Source: Parcubacteria group bacterium | GTDB lineage: Bacteria > Patescibacteriota > Minisyncoccia > JACPHC01 | Reading direction: 5' to 3' | DNA: 64,000 bases | Assembly: GCA_016188775.1 (NCBI GenBank) | Contig: JACPHC010000010.1 | Span: 31,333 to 95,332, forward strand | In this document: one piece after another, positions 57,962-64,000 of the stretch | Layout: each line of letters starts with the position of its first letter | Numbering within the stretch: the first letter of the stretch is position 1 | The notes under the pieces: model-generated | The model's input: the letters and a program-made list of their open reading frames with translations, nothing else | Database searches by the model: none | Told to the model about the DNA's origin: nothing | Program-made: the position numbers and the translations under genes

Positions 57962-58668
57962 ATAAAAAAGAGGCAATTCCCGCCATTACCCGAGGTCAAA
58001 TGCGCGAAATTGACCGATTGATGATGGATGGCCTTGGCATTTCTTTTTTTATGATGGCCGAAAATGCGGCGCGTGAAATCGCGCGCGTGGCGCGCGATCA
58101 GGCGGGAAATGGCCGTCGGGTTCTGGTTCTTGCCGGAACCGGCGGCAATGGCGGAGACGGCTTAATCACGGCAAGAAGATTGTCGGGGTGGGGATACGAA
58201 CCTCGCGTTATTCTTGTCGGCGGCCGCGTTAGAGACGAGATAAATATATTGAGTTCCATATTGGTAAAAATGAAGATTTTTATACAGAGCAATTCTCTAG
58301 GAATAAATGAATTGTTTGCGTGGGCGGATATTATCGTCGATTCCTTGTTGGGCTACGGAGCTTCAGGAAATCCGCGAGGGGAAATGGTTAAATTGATAGA
58401 AATGGCCAATAACTCCGGAAAAACAATTGTCTCCGTTGATATGCCCACGGGGCTTGACGCTGATACGGGAGCGCCCGCTGAATTTACAATTAAGGCGCGT
58501 CATACCGTATCCATTGGACTTCCCAAGGTAGGGCTTTTAAAAGATGCCGCAAGTTTATATGTTGGAAAATTATGGCTATGCGATATTGGCATCCCACCAT
58601 CTCTCTATAAGGAGATTGGCGTCGAGGTGGGGCCTATATTCCGCGATGATACGCTTATTAGTATTTAA
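57958..58668 (+). CDS. nnrE: NAD(P)H-hydrate epimerase (YjeF N-terminal domain)
   Basis: QMREID, MAENA, GGNGGDG, VDMPTG, DIGIP. Confidence 0.9.
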   Translation: MNKKEAIPAITRGQMREIDRLMMDGLGISFFMMAENAAREIARVARDQAGNGRRVLVLAGTGGNGGDGLITARRLSGWGYEPRVILVGGRVRDEINILSSILVKMKIFIQSNSLGINELFAWADIIVDSLLGYGASGNPRGEMVKLIEMANNSGKTIVSVDMPTGLDADTGAPAEFTIKARHTVSIGLPKVGLLKDAASLYVGKLWLCDIGIPPSLYKEIGVEVGPIFRDDTLISI

Positions 58669-58679
58669 TTATAAATTTT

Positions 58680-58940
58680 ATGGAACAAACAAATCACAAA
58701 ATAACCATTTACTCGACTTCTACCTGTCCTTCCTGCAAAATGCTAAAATCTTATCTTCAGGAAAAAGGATTTGAGTATGAAAATAAAGATGTGGGGGAAG
58801 ACGCGAAAGCCCGCGAAGAGATGATGGAAAAAAGCGGCGGACTTTTGAGTACGCCGACGATGGAAATTGACGGAAAAGTAATTGTTGGTTTTGACAAGGA
58901 AAAAGTTGATGTTTTGCTGGGGATAAACTCCCATGCCTAA
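58680..58940 (+). CDS. Glutaredoxin-like (NrdH/YruB) protein
   Basis: IYST.TCPSC, P...IDG..IVGFD. Confidence 0.9.
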   Translation: MEQTNHKITIYSTSTCPSCKMLKSYLQEKGFEYENKDVGEDAKAREEMMEKSGGLLSTPTMEIDGKVIVGFDKEKVDVLLGINSHA

Positions 58941-58943
58941 TGT

Positions 58944-59213
58944 TTGAACATTACCACCAGCGGCGCGATTACCGCGGGTGAAAAATCAGAGTTTGGGAAA
59001 CTCACGAATATAATTCTTTTAACTCGCGCTAGGGAAGAAGCTTGTAAAATTTGCGCTACTTTCAATTTGGCTCCTACGATGAGCGCATTAGTTGAGTCGG
59101 CCTTAGGAGACGCGATTTCAAGAGCGCTTCAGGAAATGAAAGGATTTAAACAAGAACATTTTGCTAAATTTCATCTCGGAGGCGCGCTTGGCAAGCTAGA
59201 TAAAACAGCTTGA
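58944..59213 (+). pseudogene. C-terminal fragment of a KpsF/GutQ SIS sugar isomerase
   Basis: EEAC...NLAPT.S......GDA...L...GF..E.FAKFH.GGALGK; N-terminal half absent. Confidence 0.7.
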
Positions 59214-59234
59214 TTTTATTTCTAAATTTTATAT

Positions 59235-59256
59235 CATTTGAATAATTATTCAAATG
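59235..59256. promoter_or_regulatory. 22-bp perfect palindrome, putative ArsR operator
   Basis: CATTTGAATAA|TTATTCAAATG overlapping a TATCAT -10 box. Confidence 0.7.
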
Positions 59257-59271
59257 TTGATACATTAAACA

Positions 59272-60756
59272 ATGACAAGCTGTTGCGAAGAACCACAATT
59301 TAACAAGGAGGGCGGAGAAGTGGAAAAAATGGACGTTGACAAACATGAAAAGCCGGCAATCGCGCAAGAGCTTTGGTTTCAAGAAGACGAAAAAGAGCTT
59401 GTCGCAAAACACAGCATTGGCGCAACCGTAAGAGCCGGTGACAGAACCGCGAAAACCGCCGACCTCAAGGGCGGATATCAGGAAGGCGGATTTGTTAACT
59501 TGAAAATTCAAAAAAATGACGGCAGTTTTGATCCCCTAGAGACAAGAGTGATAGTCTACTCCGTTGTGAAAAAGATGTTGGAAGAAATTGAGCCGGAAGA
59601 TTTAGAAGGTACGCCATTGCTCCAAAAAACCAAAGCAGATCTCATTGAAAAATTAAAACGGCTTTACGGAAGAGATTTTACCGACAACGATGTTGTTACG
59701 ATTGTGCGATTTGAATACGCGGATAACTTAAAAGAGGCCGGTGATTTAATCAGGGTAAAAACCTTGACTTACGCTCATGAGCCGAAAGAAAACCCAAAAA
59801 ACATGGACATCCCTTCGTATACCATTCCGCTCATAGAGCATGACTATCCTGCCAAAACGCCGGTAATGTGGAATGCGGCATACCGAAAATTCGGAATTGA
59901 TGCTGGAAATATTATGCTGGTCGGCGATTCGCAGAGCGCTGGCCACATATTGGATGTGTTCCGCAAAGACGCGAAATACAGAGGCGGCGGGGCTGGCGTT
60001 GGCTTTAAAAATGAAGTTATTACTTACCTTGACGAACTTGAACCGCTAGCAAAAGAGATTGGCGCCGTGAACTTTATCATGAAAACGCCGGAAGGAAAGC
60101 TCAAGGGTTTTAATACTGACGGAATAGGCTATGCGCAGAGTTTGGAAGAAGTATTCAAGCAGAGACAAGAAGAATTGCGGGGCAAAAAAGCAGTTGTTTT
60201 GGGCGCTGGCGGAGCCGGCAACGCGGTCGCCTTCGCTCTTGCAGAAAAAGGCATGAGGGTTGTGATTCTCAATAGAACTGTCGCGAAAGCCCGCGATTTA
60301 GCGGATAAGATAAATAGATACTTCAAGAAAATGAGAATAAATGAGACGTTGAGATTCGGCGGTGAAGAATTGATTGCCGCAGAAATAAGAGATGCCGATG
60401 CAGTAATTAATGTTTCAACAAAAGGCTCGGCCGGAGAACTGGAAAAGTATTCAGCTTTAGCTCCGGCTGTATTGCCGGCAAGCCAAGAAAACATCCAAGA
60501 AAATCTCGATCGGACAAAAGAGCTGTTGCGTGTCATACCCCAAGATGCTATTATCAGTGATATTGTGCTGGGCAAAGAAGCTACTCCATTACTAAAATCC
60601 GCCAAAGCTGCCGGATTTGAAACTCTTGATGGCATTCCAATGGTAATCAATCAAGGAGTGGAAGCGTTTTGGCTGCTCTATGACAAAGAGCTTCAATCAA
60701 AAAACATTACCAAAGAACAAGTTGCCGAAGTTATGAAACGAGCCGCAAGCTCTTAA
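59272..60756 (+). CDS. ASCH-like domain fused to a shikimate dehydrogenase-family domain
   Basis: C-terminal half: IGAVN, GFNTDG.G, LGAGGAG, NRT, DGIPMVINQG; N-terminal half: ATVRAGDR...L..LY.....DVVTIVRFEY. Confidence 0.75.
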   Translation: MTSCCEEPQFNKEGGEVEKMDVDKHEKPAIAQELWFQEDEKELVAKHSIGATVRAGDRTAKTADLKGGYQEGGFVNLKIQKNDGSFDPLETRVIVYSVVKKMLEEIEPEDLEGTPLLQKTKADLIEKLKRLYGRDFTDNDVVTIVRFEYADNLKEAGDLIRVKTLTYAHEPKENPKNMDIPSYTIPLIEHDYPAKTPVMWNAAYRKFGIDAGNIMLVGDSQSAGHILDVFRKDAKYRGGGAGVGFKNEVITYLDELEPLAKEIGAVNFIMKTPEGKLKGFNTDGIGYAQSLEEVFKQRQEELRGKKAVVLGAGGAGNAVAFALAEKGMRVVILNRTVAKARDLADKINRYFKKMRINETLRFGGEELIAAEIRDADAVINVSTKGSAGELEKYSALAPAVLPASQENIQENLDRTKELLRVIPQDAIISDIVLGKEATPLLKSAKAAGFETLDGIPMVINQGVEAFWLLYDKELQSKNITKEQVAEVMKRAASS

Positions 60757-60763
60757 ATTTTCA

Positions 60764-60794
60764 GGCACCTTCATGTTATTGAGGGTGCTTTTTT
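60764..60794 (+). terminator. Hairpin plus U-tract ending the accessory block
   Basis: GGCACCTTCA-tgttat-TGAGGGTGCT-TTTTT. Confidence 0.55.
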
Positions 60795-60796
60795 AT

Positions 60797-61210
60797 ATGA
60801 TTATTCATGAAAAATTAATTATCTATACCGACGGCGGAGCCCGGGGCAATCCCGGACCGGCGGCTCTGGGCGCGGTGGTTCAAACCGCTGAAGGGAAATT
60901 GGTAAAAACTTATTCGGAGTATTTGGGAGAAAAAACTAATAATCAGGCCGAATACGAGGCGCTGATTTTCGCTCTGCGGAAAGTCAAGATATACAAGCCC
61001 AAAGAAATTACCTGTTTTTTAGACAGCGAGTTGGTGGTCAAGCAACTAAACGCCGAATATAAAATTAAAGACCCGGATCTTGGGCCGCTTTTTATTAAAG
61101 TTTGGAATTTAAAACTGGATTTTGAAAAAGTGATTTTTAATCATATTTCGCGCGAAAAAAACAAAGAAGCGGATAAATTGGTTAATCAAAAATTAGATCA
61201 GAAAATATAA
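60797..61210 (+). CDS. rnhA: Ribonuclease HI family protein
   Basis: YTDGGARGNPG, TNNQAEY, LDSELVVKQ, REKNKEAD. Confidence 0.93.
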   Translation: MIIHEKLIIYTDGGARGNPGPAALGAVVQTAEGKLVKTYSEYLGEKTNNQAEYEALIFALRKVKIYKPKEITCFLDSELVVKQLNAEYKIKDPDLGPLFIKVWNLKLDFEKVIFNHISREKNKEADKLVNQKLDQKI

Positions 61211-61306
61211 AATGTCGCCGCATATTATTCTTCAAATTTTTTTACATATTTTTAAACGATCGTTTGAAAAGAAGAAGGGATTTTAAAAAAATAAAGGATT
61301 TAAAAT

Positions 61307-61350
61307 TTTCACTACAATCAACTCACGATCGTGAGTTGATTGTAGTGAAA
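61307..61350. repeat. 44-bp perfect palindrome, family B, copy 2
   Basis: TTTCACTACAATCAACTCACGA|TCGTGAGTTGATTGTAGTGAAA. Confidence 0.92.
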
Positions 61351-61441
61351 TAAATGAAATAGTGGAATAAAATAAAGCAAATTAATATTTGGGTCATGAT
61401 AAATTTTGATGTGGATAAGTAATATGGTATAATAATTATCT

Positions 61442-61756
61442 ATGGGAAAAATCAATTTAAAAGAATTAATCATTATTTTACTTTTAACTTCGTTTATTCT
61501 TTTTGTCGGCGTAGCCATTGGCTTGTCTGTTGGTTGGATCCAGGGCGATGCGATAGGATTGAAAGAAGGAATAGCTAAAGGTTTTGAACAGGGAAAATTG
61601 GAAGGCCAGGCGATTTTGCGCGCCGAGTTAAAGGCCGAGGCGGAAAAAGCGGCGGCCGAAGCGGCTAATCCTTTTAAAGAAACAACCGTTAATCCTTTTG
61701 AAAAAGCTATTACTAATCCTTTTGAAAATATCAAATTAAATCCCTTTGACCGGTAG
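61442..61756 (+). CDS. Small membrane-anchored protein with GxxxG repeats and four NPF motifs
   Basis: TM helix, G-x3-G series, ANPF-VNPF-TNPF-LNPF tail. Confidence 0.75.
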   Translation: MGKINLKELIIILLLTSFILFVGVAIGLSVGWIQGDAIGLKEGIAKGFEQGKLEGQAILRAELKAEAEKAAAEAANPFKETTVNPFEKAITNPFENIKLNPFDR

Positions 61757-61790
61757 GTCTGTTGCGTAATGGTTAGCAAAATTAATTGCT

Positions 61791-63737
61791 ATGAACGAGT
61801 TTAAAAAATATTTTTTCGTCTTTTTTTTAATTTTCGGGGTTTTATTTTTTTTGGGTGTTTTCACACCTGATTTTTTTGTCTTGGCTTCCTCTCCTTTTGA
61901 TATTACTTATCCGATTTCCGAGCTGTCTAGTTGCGCCACTCAAGACGAGTGTCGGGTTTATTGCGATAATTTGGCTAATAAAGACGTTTGTTTCGCTTTT
62001 GCTCAAAAGCACGGTTTTGTTTCCAAAGACGACGCGGAAAAGATTAAAAATTTGCCTTTGGTCGGTCCGGGCGGCTGTCAGGGCGAGAATCAGTGCCGAG
62101 AATTTTGCGGCAAATCGGAAAATCAAAATGAATGCTTTAATTTTGCCAAGACAAACGGCTTGATTTCTCAGGATGAAATTCGGCGTTTTGAAAAATTTAA
62201 CAAAATTAAAGGGCCGGCTGGCTGCCGCGGTTTTGAAGAATGCCATCAAGCTTGCGGCGATCCCCGGAATGCTCGGGCTTGTTTGGAAATTTCCAGAAAA
62301 GAAGGACTGATTGAAGAAAAAGAGTTCGGACTTTTAGAAGATGTTTTGGAAAAAGGCGGCCCGGGGGGGTGTTTGGGTCCGGAAGAGTGTCAGATCTATT
62401 GCCAAGATTCAAATCATCTCGCCGAATGCGTTAATTTTGCCAAAGAACATCATTTTATATCCGAAGCAGAAGCGGCCAAAATTCAGGCTTTGCCTCAAAT
62501 CGGTCCGGGCGGTTGTCAAGGGGAGGTTTGCCGAACTTATTGCCAAGTTCCGGCTCATCAGACGGAATGTATAAATTTTGCCGTGGAAAATGGATTTATG
62601 TCTGAAGAAGAAGCTCTCCATGCGAGAAAAGCCATGGAAGCGATGCGGGCCGGCGGACCCGGAGGATGTTCGGGCCCGGATGAATGCCGAGTTTATTGCG
62701 AAAATCCGGACAATTTTGAAGCATGCGCTGGATTTGGAGAAAAAAATGGTTTGGTAAACAAAGAAGACATTAGGCGCGGTCGGGAATTTTCAAGAACTAT
62801 TCGAGAGAAAGGCGGCCCCGGCGGTTGCCATAAGCCTGAAGAATGCCGAGTTTATTGCGAAAATCTGGATCACGGAGATGAATGTTTTGAGTTTGGAAAG
62901 AAACAGGGGCTTATTCGCGAAGAAGATATTAAAAATTTTGAACGCGGAAAAGAGATCCGGAAAAAAGTAATGGAAACCGGCGGCCCCGGCGGATGCAAAT
63001 CCGATAATGAGTGCCGCTCTTATTGCCAAGATTCTTCTCGTGCCGAAGAGTGTCTCGCTTTCGCGGTTGAGCATGGCGGAATTCCTCCCGAAGACGCCAA
63101 AATGATGCTCGAAAATTTTGTCCGTGAAACTCATCGGCCGGAATTCGGTCCTCCGTCGAGAGATTTTGAAAAATTTGAGCAGGAAAAATTTAGAAGATTT
63201 GATGAATTTCGAGGATTAGAACGTCAATTTCGACAAGGTCCGGCGACTCAATTTCAAGGCGGTCCGGGCGGTTGTTTGAGTCCGGAAGAATGCATCAAAT
63301 TTTGTTCCGATCCGGCCAATCGCGATACTTGCGCTCATTTTGGTCCGCCTTCCGGAGGTCCGCCGTCAGGAGAAATATTTAAACAAGTTCCTTCCGGTTC
63401 TGAATCCGAATTTAGAAATATTGAGCCGTTTATACTGCCCAAAAATACGCCTTATCCGCGAATGATGCCGCCAACCGAGGTCGCTTCTCCTTTTTCCCCG
63501 GATTTAATAAATCCTCAATATCCGCAATACGCGCCTCGGCAATTTGGCCCCGGCGGTTGCGCTTCAGAGGCTGAATGCAAAGCTTACTGTTCGGATCCGG
63601 CGCGCGCCACTGAATGCGGAATTTATGTTCCGCCTTCGATAACTCCAGAGTTAAAAAATTCTTCCTCGCCTCAAAGCGGTTTTCTAAGATTTTTATCCGC
63701 GATGTTAGGCGTTATTTTGCCCGGATTTAGATATTAA
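61791..63737 (+). CDS. Secreted or surface cysteine-rich repeat protein
   Basis: Signal/TM N-terminus; 10 units of GPGGC-x4-5-C-x3-C-x8-C; amphipathic/hydrophobic C-terminus. Confidence 0.85.
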   Translation: MNEFKKYFFVFFLIFGVLFFLGVFTPDFFVLASSPFDITYPISELSSCATQDECRVYCDNLANKDVCFAFAQKHGFVSKDDAEKIKNLPLVGPGGCQGENQCREFCGKSENQNECFNFAKTNGLISQDEIRRFEKFNKIKGPAGCRGFEECHQACGDPRNARACLEISRKEGLIEEKEFGLLEDVLEKGGPGGCLGPEECQIYCQDSNHLAECVNFAKEHHFISEAEAAKIQALPQIGPGGCQGEVCRTYCQVPAHQTECINFAVENGFMSEEEALHARKAMEAMRAGGPGGCSGPDECRVYCENPDNFEACAGFGEKNGLVNKEDIRRGREFSRTIREKGGPGGCHKPEECRVYCENLDHGDECFEFGKKQGLIREEDIKNFERGKEIRKKVMETGGPGGCKSDNECRSYCQDSSRAEECLAFAVEHGGIPPEDAKMMLENFVRETHRPEFGPPSRDFEKFEQEKFRRFDEFRGLERQFRQGPATQFQGGPGGCLSPEECIKFCSDPANRDTCAHFGPPSGGPPSGEIFKQVPSGSESEFRNIEPFILPKNTPYPRMMPPTEVASPFSPDLINPQYPQYAPRQFGPGGCASEAECKAYCSDPARATECGIYVPPSITPELKNSSSPQSGFLRFLSAMLGVILPGFRY

Positions 63738-64000
63738 AAAAGTAAGTTGACGTTTAGTTTTTGCTTTCTCAAGTGTTTTAACTTGCTCACAAATATCCTC
63801 TTTGAGCAAATCAAACTCCTTTATGAAGGGCCGACTGGCAAGCTCAGGAATCGACTTTCCATGCTCCAGATGGAGCTTTATCCATTGTTCTTTTATTGTG
63901 GCCCTACAATGAAGGTATATTTTGTTTATTGTAGCTATTCCGCATTATATGCGTGGAAGCATTTTGATCAAGAACTCAGACAATTGCATATGACTTATTA

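Noticed and set aside
1814-63134. Numerous antisense or alternate-frame ORFs in the supplied track
   Set aside because: They are shadows of well-supported genes and have no recognisable motifs.
61791-63737. Multiheme cytochrome
   Set aside because: No CxxCH motifs; the Cys spacing does not fit.

Overview
Core-genome window from a small, AT-rich bacterium using the standard genetic code, most consistent with a Patescibacteria/CPR (Parcubacteria-like) genome: no rpmD between rpsE and rplO, a truncated Mfd, split ComEC, a membrane-anchored Clp ATPase and mostly SD-less T/A-rich starts. It carries parAB, relA/spoT, topA, a frameshifted dprA, hisS, ftsA/ftsZ, nrdJ, comEC, the str-S10-spc ribosomal cluster through secY-adk-map, and galT-tpiA-pgk. 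There are two accessory blocks: a ~4.5 kb restriction-modification/OLD-like defence island at tRNA-Pro with a split-recombinase att signature, and an ArsR-MerA-redox block with an ASCH-like/shikimate dehydrogenase fusion. A probable 6S RNA has a complete promoter and terminator. The most striking feature is that many gene junctions are filled by palindromic elements from at least seven dispersed families. These show compensatory base changes, often end in TA(GA)...(TC)TA, overlap stop or start codons, nest inside each other, and occur as in-frame mini-hairpins in housekeeping genes. A stand-alone wHTH/Cas2-fold (PaaX-like) gene bracketed by inverted, covarying hairpins is a candidate for an undescribed mobile or regulatory unit that may be linked to them.
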